The translations under genes were made by a program, and so were the position numbers. Below, one piece after another: positions 52,361 to 64,000 of a stretch of DNA of 64,000 nt. This DNA comes from Cycas panzhihuaensis (taxonomy: Eukaryota > Plantae > Cycadophyta). The notes under the pieces are model-generated. The model was not told the origin of the DNA and did not search any database. It worked only from the letters and a program-made list of their open reading frames with translations. Each line of letters starts with the position of its first letter. The stretch's first letter is position 1. The stretch is taken from positions 1,860,001 through 1,924,000 of the forward strand of contig CM041465.1 in the NCBI GenBank assembly GCA_023213395.1. The letters run 5' to 3'.

Positions 52361-54919
52361 ATCTACAAAATTGCTAGTACTTTGCAAGTAAACCAAGAGT
52401 GTAATTGGTTGCTTCTTAATAAATCCATATATCTTGAGAGTACCTTGTTAGGTAATCCTAATCATGGTTGAAAGAGACATTTGTGGCATGATCCCTTCTA
52501 GGGTTAGCATCTCCTTGATTGTGGTTTTTAGCTCTAGGTCTTCTTTACCCTCCAATAGAACATCCTCAACTAGCTTTAAATCAATGGTAAACAAAATGAT
52601 TTTGTATGTATTTATGCCTTGGTCTCCATTGTTCGATGTATCTGACACATAGGACCTTCCTTCATAAATCATCTTACTCTGCCTTAGATCTCTACAATGT
52701 GGGTTTTATTGGTCAAGTTTGATTCAAAGGCCTATTTAGGATTATAGGATCCCTTCTTGGCAATGTTGGTGTATTTGTCTGAGCAAATGGAGGAATATAA
52801 ATTCTAGATTAAATTTGTTTAATAATTTAACCTTGCCCTCATATATAGAAGCTAGTTGCATAATCTTGTTTAGGGATAGTTATTCATGTGTCAAGATGTC
52901 TGCTTAAATTTCTATGGTTAAGTTGTCGATATATAATTGGATCATTCTATCTTCAGGCACGTCCTTGAGTGCATAAGATAATTTGGTAGTATTTATGTCA
53001 TAATCCTCCACCAAACCTTCCTATTTAAGTTTTTAGAGTTCATAGTAGTAGCGATGGTTTGTGATAGTCTCAAATCATTCAAGAAATAGTGTTACAAATA
53101 TGTTAATGATGGAGGTTGGGATTTGTATCTAGTCCATTCTAGATTCTATGATCATTCACATGCTATGTCATTTAGGTCTAGTGTAGCCACTTAAACTTGC
53201 ACATCATTGTTTACTTCCATTAGTTGAAAATATTGATCTATTTGCTAAATCCAAACTCTTAGTTCATGTGATTTTTGCTCTAAGTTAAAGCATTGGATTG
53301 TTATCTTTTTAAATTTTTTTTCTTTTTTTATGAGTCAATAGATTGTATGTAGTTGAATATGTTTGAAATCCTATGAATTTTTTCTCTTTAGGTATTAAAT
53401 TTTTATATATGTCTAGATATTTCTAAAGCACTTCATTAAGACATCCTACTTGATATTAGTTGATTTATTAACTATGGTCAATCACTATTCATTGATTTTT
53501 ATCTTGAGTTTTACAAACAGAACTTGCAATCTTGCTCTCTATGCCTACATCCTTAAGACTTGCTAATATACTAGCCAATCTATCAACCATGATGTTAATG
53601 GAGTTAGTGATGGTTTGTAAATACTAACCCAATGTTTGTTATAGTATGGTCAAGTTGTGAGTATTGGCTACATTGATGACTATAATAATATGGCCTAGGA
53701 CTACTTGTTCTCTTATTTCTTCCATTTCAAATGCATATTCTAGTTTAGTTGGCATTGGGTCTTTATATCATGCTTCCAATATAGTTTGGAGGAAAAAAGT
53801 GCTATTGGTAGCCTCCCTTTCCTATAAATTTATACATAGATGCAAATATGCCAAAAAAATACATAGAATAAAAAAAAAGAACTCTAAAATTGGATGTCAA
53901 ACATCCAATTTTTAATCATTCGAGTTAAGAAGTAAATCTCATAAATAGCCCTCAAATTCCCTTAGTCAATTTTTGAGATTAAAAACTTGGGCCATATGGC
54001 TTCACAATAAGTCATTTGATCACTCATTTCAAAGGAAGATGAATGTAGAGTCCAACAAAGCTGACGATGTGGAAAACTAACATCCCATGTGAATGATATA
54101 ACAAGTTTAGTATTGACCCTTATAAATCAAGTTGAACAAATAGATTGAAAAAAATCATATTTTCAATTCTAAAACAAATATTCTTGATTAAAAGAGAATA
54201 TTCTCTACTTAGTAAAGAATATACTTATGCTAATATTTTGAGCATTGCTATATATAATATATGATGTATATGGGATCAATGATATAGGTATAATTGCGTG
54301 TCATTATTAGCCTGGCGTGTTTGCCAAGCCAGTTCTATACCAACCCCACATGCTCAAAACACCCAAAAGATCATAAATGAGATGCCACTCAAAGAGATAT
54401 TGGATCATAATTGAGACACCAAAGAGACATTGAATGCCATTGTAGAGGTCTCATGCCTCTATTTTCATCCTCTTAAATCCTAGATGCACCTTTCTTTACC
54501 TCAAAGGTCATCAGATTAAATGAGATACACATCCCACATGATCTCCACACTCCCTTATGATCTAATGAGACTTCGTAATGATCTTCATAGATACGCACAA
54601 ACTATTCCTCCTTAGATTCCCATCCAACTCCTTTGATTCTAGACCTTCTATGCTCCTTGGATTTGCATAAAAACTAGATTGCATCTAAATGCTTGTTCTC
54701 CACATAGATCAAGAAGTGAGTGTTATGTCTGCTTAATATTTACCCAAGTGATTCATGGGTGACAACTTGCATTTAAATGTGAATAGATATTTATGTATGA
54801 ATGAAGATTGGAATTTACTCTCCATGGGTAGCACTGCATGAGTGAGAAGCCAAGGATATAATGCCAACTGAGTTGCTAACAATTTCTATTCATTAGAACA
54901 ATCTCACTTTAATATTGCT

Positions 54920-55137
54920 TGTTAGTGTACTTTATGATTAAGATAATAATTTTAAAAAGAATACTAAGAGATTTGAAGGAACTTTGAAAAATGATATTGA
55001 TAAAACATGATAATGGATGTACATATTTAATTGGTATGTATGCTAACTCTAAGGCCTTTTTTCAAAGGATACAACCTTTCGTGATTAAATATTTATAAAT
55101 CTTAATTAATTAATTTTAATAAGTTAAGTCCATAATA
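54920..55137 (-). repeat. 5' LTR of K
   Basis: Homologous to 45919-46135. Confidence 0.8.
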
Positions 55138-55190
55138 AAATTATATAACATGAAATCATGTAAAGGTATAACTTTAAGTGGTGGACCCTC

Positions 55191-55360
55191 TATATATATA
55201 TATATTTTTCTTTACGGTATATACGTAGTGGATGGAATTGGATCCTTATTTGTCGAGGTTTGTTACTCTTTCATCCAGTTCTCCTCTATAACCCTCCATG
55301 GGGGTTGAACCTGGGACTTCCAACATTGTAGGGTAGATACCTACCAGTGCACCCCAACGC
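55191..55360 (-). mobile_element. tRNA-derived SINE
   Basis: Minus strand: A-box-like TGGGGTGCACTGG (55356-55344), B-box GGTTCAACCCC (55311-55301) with tRNA-like spacing, ~95-bp unrelated body, and an A-rich/(TA)n tail. No clear TSD. Confidence 0.72.
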
Positions 55361-55435
55361 TTACCTTATAAGAAAAGAAGAAGAAGAAGAAACTTTAAAC
55401 TTTGCACTTTTACAAAAGAACGAGAAGGCTAATAA

Positions 55436-55832
55436 TGTTAAAACTATGTAATACCTCCTCTATTGCTTTATATCTTTGTAATCTAATGTTTATATTATGA
55501 ATTAATAGACTCTTGATGTACTTAAATCATATTTAATAGTGAGATCAAGTCCATCTCTTGTGCCGTTAAGTTGGCATATTAAATTGTATGTTAATGTTGG
55601 TGGATGGCCATAAATAATGCCCTGCATTTTTATACAATATATTGATTTGATTTTATGTGGAAGCTCTGCCCGATAGAGAGCCTGCAATGTGGAAAATTCA
55701 CTTGCAACCTTGTTGGTCTATTTGTTGTGTTATTTGCATATTTCTTTTCAATATTTCAGTTATTTAGCATGATATGTATTGATCAATGCACATGTATTTA
55801 GATCTTAACATTTTAATCATAGTATTAGAGCC
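55436..55832 (+). mobile_element. Element N: 5' LTR (55436-55819) and PBS-Met of a probable copia element, interrupted at 56139 by O
   Basis: TGTT...ATCA followed by TAGTATTAGAGCC; the partner LTR is not in the window. Confidence 0.65.
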
Positions 55833-56138
55833 TGTGTGTGCTTGATTTGATATTTTTTGGTAATTTAAATTTTATTTTCTCTAGTTCTTTCATGGTTTTG
55901 GGAAATAATCTACATCTTTTGCAATGTTAGAGCAAAAATGAAGCTAGTTATAATTGATTACAACATCTTACAATAGGTTATTTTGCTCATTTGCATTCAT
56001 TAGGGGTTTTTTATTAAAGTTACTGAAGAAACATATGAAAAATCATGTCTTTTACTCACAACAACCCTACTATTGATTATTTCTACTTGTTGGAGTTTCA
56101 CTAGCACTTGTGGTAGCCCTGCACCTATTCTTACTACT

Positions 56139-56770
56139 TGTCAGAGGAGATTTGAGGTGTTTTCAGTATCTATTTGGCTATATTTCTCTTAGCTTAGCCT
56201 CCATAAAAATTTGAACTATGGTTGCTGTGTGCGGCTCAATCATGCTCAAACCATTGCAAAGAGAAAGACACACACTTTTAGAAGAAGTCCATCCAGGATT
56301 AATTACTCAAGATGGCACCACGTCTGGTCCTCTCACAACCAGATGCTTACCAGACAATATAGAAGAGCTGCCTTATACGTGGCAGAATTCCTTCCTAGAC
56401 ATAAGCAACTGAATACATACATACCGCACATGGCGGTCCTTTCTCTTTTATACTCTTTTAAGAGCGTTACATAACTGTTTCTTTTCCACCAAATAAACTG
56501 CTTTCCTAACTATACTATAATGCACTGCCTTTGCCATTTCCCGACCTCATAGCGGCAGAAGCGACCTCATAGTAGCCTGCAGAGTGCTCAGAAAGCGACT
56601 CGTAGCGGCCTCGTAGCGACTGTGAGCAGCCTCCATAGTAGCCTAAGTAGTGACCTCATGGCGATTCAGTAGCGATCAGAGTAGCGACTCATAAAATTTA
56701 TAGCCTGTAGCAGCTCGTAGCAGCTCTATAGCAGCCTCTAGTGGTTGTAATAACCAAAATCAACCACACA
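56139..56770 (-). repeat. 3' LTR of O
   Basis: Bounded by TG/CA and the PPT; only one copy is in the window. Confidence 0.75.
56541..56745. repeat. Degenerate ~10-11 bp tandem array (TAGCRRC core) in the U3 of O
   Basis: Repeated AGCGACCTC / TAGCAGC / TAGTAGCC units. Confidence 0.8.
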
Positions 56771-56783
56771 TCTTCCCCCCCCC

Positions 56784-58444
56784 TTATTTTGAACAAGTAG
56801 CATACTTGTTCAACAAAATTAATTTTAACGCCTTTCTTGTATCTTTATCCGTTCACGGCGAATATACTCCATTTCCAGTTCTATTATGTGAGGGGGGATT
56901 TTTAGTTCTTTCTGTCTCAAGTATTTACACAATAGTGCAACATCGTGCATTGTATTTAGCTTGAGGCAAGGTTAAATTTGTTCCCCAGATTTTAATTGAT
57001 CAATTTCTTGGTTTAATTCCTCATTGACTCTTTCCATTAATTCCAAGCGTTCTCGGAAGGCCTTACGTTCTTTCTAGAGGTTCTTACAACGTTCTGAATC
57101 TTCATCTGCTTGAATAATCCATGCTCGATCGATGATAAGCGGTTGCATGTCTTGGAATATACTTATCGAACCTTCTACGAAATTCCACTACATGGGATCC
57201 AATTTCGTGAACATCATCCACCCACTCTAATATGAACGCCTTCAAAGATTCTAGTTTATTCTTGTGTCGATGAACCTGTCTTAATGATTCATTAGGTGGT
57301 TTTGCCCGGCTTTCCAACTCAGTAACTAATTGTCTAGTTACTTTTGCTAAAAAGGATGTCTTCCAAGTTTTGATGTCTTGTGCATCACATAACATTGGAT
57401 CCATCCCCTCTTCTAATGCCTCCTTACTAGTGTTGAATTCCACTTCTGGGGGTTGATTATCCAAAATCTCCAAAATTTGACGTCTTCTTTCTGCTGCTCT
57501 TCTTTTCCTTTCTGCCAAAACTTCTTCCTCTATTTTCTGCTTCTTCTCTGTTGCGGCCATCCGTTCTTCATCTGTTATGGCTGTCCATCCTTCTGCTGCT
57601 ATGCCTGTCAGTCCTTCTATTACTGACTCCTGCCTGCCCGGTATCTCCTCAAGCTGCTCCACGTCTACTATTTCTACTACTGTGGCTGCTGCTTCGCTCC
57701 TAGAACTCGTTTCAGGTTCCATCTTCTCCTTCCCCTTGGCCAAGTGGAAAATTCAGTGTTAATTCACTTGCTTGATACATCCTCTCTACCCAATCTACAA
57801 CTTGAACTTGCTCCTTTTTCCATTTTCCTGCCACCTGGTTTGTCCAAACTGCTAATGGAGACTGCTGCTCCGTCCCATCTGGCATTCTTATATCAGGACA
57901 TTGGTACAAAAGAATACCTTGTAAAATAGTTACATAGTAAAACGGAACTGGCTTACTTGCATTTTTAATCGCTTGTAAAGCATCCAGCAACCTCTGTTTT
58001 ACTAACCTTGCCCAATTAAATACTTCTCCTTTCGCCACTTTATTCAGCATTATCCGCAAGTTACTCGGAGCATATGCGTTCTTCTAAGTGAGGATAATCT
58101 TGGAGAAGATTAATTGGGCAAGAAACCGTTTGCCTTCATCTTCTATACCTGCAATTCTAATTCCCGCTGAAGTCGCATCACTGCTTGCTACCCCCATTAT
58201 CCTTGCTACCTCTTCCCGTGACAGCATAGTATCCCTAAAAATTTTCGCTCCCTTCTTGTGAGACGGTTGGCGCCATAAGTACATCTTCGGTGATTTGTAC
58301 TATCCGCGGGTGCTTCGCCAGCAGAGGGAGTAGGCGCTGCATAAACTCTTCTGCATTGCCAAAAATCCCTACTGTCACAAACCGATGTAACTCGCTTGGC
58401 GAGCAACGATATCGTCGTCTGTCCTCTTCGGCATGACCCTCCAT
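56784..58444 (-). CDS. Extra ORF of element O (env-position, unknown function), broken by frameshifts and a few stops
   Basis: Overlapping ORF pieces 58235-58444, 58084-58284, 57712-58059 and 57102-57743 chain together. A further frame (DEDSERCKNL..RERLELMERVNEELNQEIDQLK..) runs to a TAA at the PPT. Confidence 0.7.
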
Positions 58445-59094
58445 TCCTCGCGAATTCGATTGTCATCGTTTTCACGGACTAATCTGAGGCATCATTTCTG
58501 CGATACTGCGCTATCTCTGCTATTCCGCTGCTATTTGTTAGGCCCGCTGCGTCCCTGGTTTTCTCAAAACCCGCGGCGTCCAACCTAATGGTATTAGTTA
58601 CGGCCGTTGCGGACTTAAAACTGAGTCCGTATTAATCATAACCTGAACCGCTGCTATCTTTTAAATTCGGCCGCCCTTAATATCTTGGCGCCACGTTACT
58701 TTCTTAATTACAAATCGTGCTTGGCGCAACCCATCTTAATTTGCGCCGCCATTCCCACGTCTCGACCTGATGTCGTCTCGAGTGCTGTCACATCCCAGTG
58801 ACGCGTCATTGCCGTCCTTGTCATATCATTACGGCTGCTATCACATCCGTTGCCCGCGTCTCTGCTATCGCTGCCATCTCAGCACCACTACTTTCCCGCT
58901 TTGATATTATCGTAGCCGCGTCTTTACTACGGCTATTATCCCGCTTCGCTGACATCGCTGCTGCTATCACATCCACATCCCTGCTATCCTTGCCACCTCA
59001 GATCAGCTACTTTTGTACCTGCTCTACATTGTCCTTGTCGCCTCTTGTTTCTTAATACTGGATGGATTTTTTTTTTTTTTACATTCTGTATATT

Positions 59095-62000
59095 TTCAGT
59101 CTGCTACCATTGACTAATTTAGTCAATGGTTGTCCATCTAATTGTTGCAATCTAACCGATCCATTTCCATAAATATTTTGAATTCTGTATGGTCCTAACC
59201 ATCTAATTTTCATTTTTCCTGGTTTGAATTTAAACTTACTATCATACAATAAGACCAAATCATTTACCTTAAATTCGGTTCCTTGATGTGGCGATCATGC
59301 CATGCTTTCCGCTTTTCTTTCTTTTCGACTCTTAGCTCCCATAGTGCTCGTGCTCGGGTTTCATCCAGTTTCATCAACTGGATCAACCGCTGGTCAAGGG
59401 ATGTTACTGGGTCTTTCCTGAGGTATTGGCTTACTCTTAAACTTCCCACTTGAAATTCAAGAGGAACCACAGCTTCCACTCCATATACTAGTTGAAATGG
59501 TGTTTGTTTATGAGATCTCTTTTTCACTGTTCTATCTGCCCAAAGGACTGAATGCAATTTTTCTGCCCAATCAGTCCATTGCCCATTGCATATTTTCATC
59601 AAAGTAATCTTCAGAATTTTATTTGTACTTTCTACCTGCCCATTTGCTCTGGGATAATATGGTGAAGATCGTCGATGCTGAATAAAAAATTTTGTAGTTA
59701 GATATTTAATTATCTGATTTAGGAAAGCTCCTCCTTGATCAGACACAATTTCCAATGGGCAACCGAACCTAATAATAATAACTTCATATAAGAAGCGAGC
59801 TGTGCTTCTTGCATCACATTTTTTCATTGGTTTTGCCTCAGTCCACTTTGTCAAAAAATCTGTGGCTACCAATATATATCTTGCATTTGTTTTCCTTCTT
59901 TGGTGGTGATTGGTCCAACAAAATCTAATCCCCACTTCTCAAATGGGGCCTGGGCCAATATTGGATGAAGTGGCATAAAATTCTGTTTTGACAGTTTGCC
60001 TGCTCTTTGGCAGATATCACAGGTTCTCGCCCATTTTTCTGCATCCTTAAACAGTGTGGGCCACCATAACCCTGTTGTCAATACTTTTCTAGCTGTGGCT
60101 ACTCCTCCATGATGTGCTGCAGCTATCCCTTCGTGTGCCTCCTTCAGCACAGGTTCTACTTCATATTGAAGTATACACCTTCATAAAATTTCATCAGGTC
60201 CCAATTTATATAACATACCTCCTATTAATTAGAACGGAAAAGTTTTCTTAATAAAACTTTTCCTTTCTACTTTTTCTAGCCCTTGGGGTGTTTGCCCTGT
60301 GGTTAAATATTCTGCAACCCCTTCATACCATCTTGTACGACTTCTATGGAGAATAACTTATGATCTGGAAAATCATCAAAGACTCCCTTACCTTTTCCAT
60401 TATTCTTTATGCACGATAATTGATCTGGTATCACATGTTTCTCGCCCTTTTTTACCACGATTTTGAACATGAATTCTTGAAGCGTGATTAGCCGGCTAAT
60501 TCTCCCCGCAAAATTGGTTTATTAATCAAATCTTGAAGGGCTTGATGATCCACAAAGAATACAAATGGATTTGCTAACAGATAATCTTTGAAACTTCTAC
60601 AAGGCATACACCATGCCTAATCCTTCTCGTTAGAATGGCAGTATAGTTACGCTCTGTGATGTCAATTTCCTACTTGCAAAGGCAATCGGAAGATCTATTT
60701 TTCATCTTAGGTTGAGCCAATACACAACCAATGGCATACATGATGCATCAACATGAATATGGAGCAGTTTGTTCGATCCGTAAATTTAATCTTGGAGCTT
60801 CAACTATCTTTTTCTTCAATGCATCAAAAGATAGTTCTTTGTTGAAGTGTCCATTCCCATTTCACAGCTTTTTTCAAAGAAAGATTCTAATGGATGGGCT
60901 ATCCGTACATAATTCTGATAAATTTCGGTAATAACCGGTCATTCCCAAGAACCCTTTGATTTTTAGGTGTTCTGGGAACCTAAATTTCAAAATTACCTCT
61001 ACTTTTCTTTGGGTCGGTTTTTAATCCATCTTTTGAAACAATATGGCTAGCAATGCCCCAAATGGTACCAAAAGGTACACTTATTTGGATTTAAGCATAA
61101 CCGCTTTCCTACACAATTCTAACATTAGTCTTAATTGAGACAAATGTTTTCTATCGTCTATACAAAGTCCAGTCATCCAAAAACACCTCTACTGCTTTGC
61201 CCAATAATTTCCTGAAGATGTTCAAAATTACTCTTTGGAAAGTTGCAGGAGCATTTGTCAGCCCAAAAGGCATGACTCTATATGCATATGTCCCCATTCG
61301 TAACAAATGTTGTTTTCAGTTGGTCTTCAAGTGCAATACGTACTTGATTATAACCACTAAATCCATCTGTAAAGGAAAAAATGTCATGTCCTGCTGCCTT
61401 TTCCAATACATCTTCTGTAAAAGGTATGGGAAATGGATCTTTTTGTAGCTTTATTCAAAGCTCTATAATCTCGCAAATGCGTAATTTTCCACTCTTCTTG
61501 GGTACCACCACTCACAAGGCTTACCCATTCTTTGTTTTCAACTTCAAATATGTATCCGCTTCTAAGAGTTTGTCTAACTCTATCTTTACCACTCCTTATA
61601 GCGGATTCATTACGTAAGGTCTTTGCCTTCTTGGTTTTATACCTTCCATTAGCTCAATTTTATGTTCCCCAATTGGGGAATTCCTTTTAGGTCTTTGTAA
61701 GACCATGCAAAGACATCCTTGAATTCTTGAAAGAGAGAAACAGCTTCTTCCATTATTGCAGGTTCCCAATAATCACCTAATTGTACACACTTTGGATCAT
61801 CTACTATCCCTACATTAATGAGCTTGAGCTGAAGTTCCTCTTTCTGAACAGACTTCCCACCTGATTTTAACTTATAGGCTGGTGTTTGCAGAATTTCTTT
61901 ACTCTCATATTCAACAGAAGAATATACCTTAGGAAAATTCCTTTCTTCTTTTAAATCCTCTTCAGAGCATGTCACACTTTTAGACAATTCATAAAAACAA

Positions 62001-64000
62001 TCATTTTGAATTTTATTAAAGGAAAGAATTACATTATCTTCTTGGGAATTCCACGATACATTGTTACCTTCACTTGATTTATCTGCACATAATTCCATCA
62101 GGTAACATTTTGATGTCTCCGGTTTCTTCCCAAGGCGATTGCACCAATCCGGCAAATATCTTTGATGAAGTCTCGCTTGCCACCTGTGGAGGAGTCTTCA
62201 ATGCTTGAAATGTTGTCTCCGAACAAGGACTTATTATTGTAGCTATTGATGCTGTAGTTGAGGACATTTTGTCCTCGTCTTCAATCTTTTCAATCTGCGG
62301 ACCATCCGAACATTGAGGCAATACAACTTTTTTTCCTACAGAGTACAAGGTAAAGGTCAATCTTCCCCAATCTTGTAATGCCTTTGTTGCTAGCAACCAC
62401 GGCCGTCCTAGCAGTGCTGGATATGTCCTGCTATGATCTTGCATTCTGACAACCGCAAAATCTAATTGTACTGTGATCCCTGCCAATTCTTTGGAATATC
62501 AATTAAGGATCCTATGGGTCGAATCTGTACTTGGTTAGCTAGTCGAATTATATAATCTGGGGAAACCAACTTTGTCCGTCCCAAGGAAATCCAAGAGGAT
62601 TCAGGAAGTACATTCACTCCCGATCCTCCATCCATCACTGTTTTATAAATCAATGTTCCTAGCAACATCATGGGGACCCGGGGGTCAATTGCATCCATCT
62701 TCGTTGTTCTTAATACTGGTTTTTCCATATGATGCAGAAAATAACTAGCTTCCCACCATTTAAAAATTACAGAGATTGGAATGGATATACCTGATTCCAT
62801 TAATAATTCTCTCACCATTTGTAACTTTTGCCAGGGATTTTGCTCCTCCTGTGCAGACGGTCTTCTCTGATATACATTTCCTTTAAATCGATTCGCTTGT
62901 TGTATTTGCTCCGATTGTATTGTCCTTGTTGCCTCTTGTATTGCATCAACAGCTTCCTGTAGTCTTCTTTTCTCTACCTCAGGATCTGGAAAATTTGTTG
63001 CCTCTGTCAAATTTGTGGCTTTCCCACTTCTAAATACGCACATAAAGCGGCTTTTCCTTATCTGGATTTTTGTAGCAGTTGGCGTTTGTATCTTAGAACC
63101 GGGATTATTTGGACAACTTGCCCATTCATGGTCTCTTTGGACCACATTCTTCCAAATATAATCCTTCCCTTGTTTCTCCAATGGATGATCGTCTAAAATG
63201 TCCCCATCTCGGAACACAAGTGGCGGTCTTGGTTTAGTCTTCCCTTTATATTGTTTAAAGGAAGAATTCTCCTTTTTTTGGTAAAAGGATTCCCTTGGTG
63301 GATTTCTGTAGTAACACTCCCATGTATTATGATTTTCTCTCCTACAGATCTCGCACCATTTCTTCTCTTTCTGTTGATGTTCGTTTCTGAAATGTCCTTC
63401 TTTGTCATGAGAGGTGGACACCACACATTTTCTCGGGCTTTCCCCAGTTTTAACTAAGCTATTTCACTCCTTAATTTTTCAATCTCATCATTATATTTAA
63501 TTTCATTGGTGGTACCATGAATTTCTTTGTTTTAGTAATTCAATTCTTTCTTCAACTTCTCAATTTCTAGATTTATGGTCCATAAGGATGATTGTCCTAA
63601 ATTCTGGATTCCATTATCTGTTGTCCTTGTCGATTTTCAAATCGCGGTCTTAATTCTTTCACTTGCTCATAATTGTTTAAGGGATGAAACATAATTTTTT
63701 CTTTTAAGTGTGGTAACAACCCTTGTACAAAATATTTAAGTGACAGCATTGGATTTATTGGAACTAATGGATCCATTTTATTTAATATGATTCTCAATCT
63801 TCCATCAAAATCATTAACCGACTCATCTGTAATTTGTCTAATTTCTTCCAGGGCCTAGAATACTGCCATCGGATCTCTCAGTCTTTGAAATCTATCCAGA
63901 AATTTTGTTTGGACCATTTCCCAACTGGGATTCGTTGCTGCGACATACTGGTACCATGCAATTGCTATTCCTCGTAATGTAGAAAAAAATCTAGCCTTAA
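59095..64000 (-). pseudogene. pol: gag-pol of O, broken mainly by small indels
   Basis: ORFs 62462-63424 (gag knuckles/protease), 62079-62486 (ALLGRPWL), 61649-62155 (RT start), 59866-60150 and 59264-59935 (integrase). Confidence 0.92.

Larger units (their letters stand above)
45919..55137 (-). mobile_element. Element K: old chromovirus-type gypsy deletion derivative (gag, protease and integrase tail/chromodomain only); hosts L and M
   Basis: LTRs 45919-46135 and 54920-55137; PPT AAGGGAGAGGAC; degenerate PBS left of 54920; gag relic ~52700-53700; protease relic around 50020/52400; chromodomain ~46150-46350. TSD is poor (GAAGC/AAATT). Confidence 0.78.
1..55190 (+). mobile_element. Element A: old Ty3/gypsy (Athila/Tat-like) relic, outermost host, split into 1-2217, 39566-39622, 44792-45918 and ~55143-55190
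   Basis: The gag frame rejoins across insertions: knuckles CIKCKMEGHLDVRC and CYICKMNNQDTNEC (1963-2070), then ..RKHI|MWCFECIL*SHFITY* across element B, then LC*WCGLGD.. after element J. Only remnants of protease/RT/integrase remain (45300-45600). The 3' end is not defined. Confidence 0.6.
56139..64000 (-). mobile_element. Element O: Athila-like (non-chromovirus) Ty3/gypsy with an extra 3' ORF; 5' end outside the window
   Basis: 3' LTR 56139-56770 (TG..CA) with PPT AAGGGGGGGGGAAGA; gag knuckles (WCEICRRENHNTWEC), protease (MDGGSGVNVL), RT (FKDVFAWSYKDLKGIP), RNase H, integrase (WGLDFVGP, IVSDQG, YYPRANGQVE). No chromodomain, and no room for a second RNase H between RNase H and integrase. Confidence 0.9.

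Noticed and set aside
55295-55360. tRNA gene
   Set aside because: A/B boxes are present but I could not form an acceptor stem or cloverleaf; a body and tail follow, which fits a SINE.
56211-56474. Two short ORFs
   Set aside because: They lie within the LTR of O and have no recognisable domain.
56541-56745. CRISPR-like array
   Set aside because: Short degenerate tandem units with no unique spacers, in a eukaryotic LTR.
58798-59055. Ala/Ser-rich hydrophobic 85-aa ORF
   Set aside because: Produced by the GCTGCTATC repeats in a GC-rich spacer, antisense to element O.

Overview
AT-rich, gene-poor plant repetitive DNA (element families suggest a large-genome seed plant such as a gymnosperm; this is inference). 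No intact host gene is present. The window is almost entirely a stack of about 15 LTR retrotransposons nested up to four levels deep, reconstructed here from LTR pairs, PBS/PPT and target-site duplications (TSDs). A (old Athila/Tat-like gypsy relic, +, <1 to ~55190) contains B (2218-39560), J (39623-44786) and K (45919-55137). B contains copia C (4216-27451; holding D 4261-9808, E 14367-20716, F 20827-26095) and G (28201-39176; holding H 29071-34289 and I ~35267-38914). K contains L (46517-49537) and M (50088-52360). These are followed by a tRNA-derived SINE, a copia-type 5' LTR (N) and a young-looking Athila-like element O (56139 to >64000, minus). Most notable: (1) element I has no gag/pol and instead carries an intronless nardilysin-like M16A peptidase copy fused to other fragments, including a PPR piece; (2) O has a ~550-codon extra ORF between integrase and PPT, preceded by a CpG-rich spacer; (3) M is flanked by a 68-bp duplication instead of a 5-bp TSD. 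All alignments and translations were done by eye, so boundaries may be off by a few bases and lineage names are provisional.
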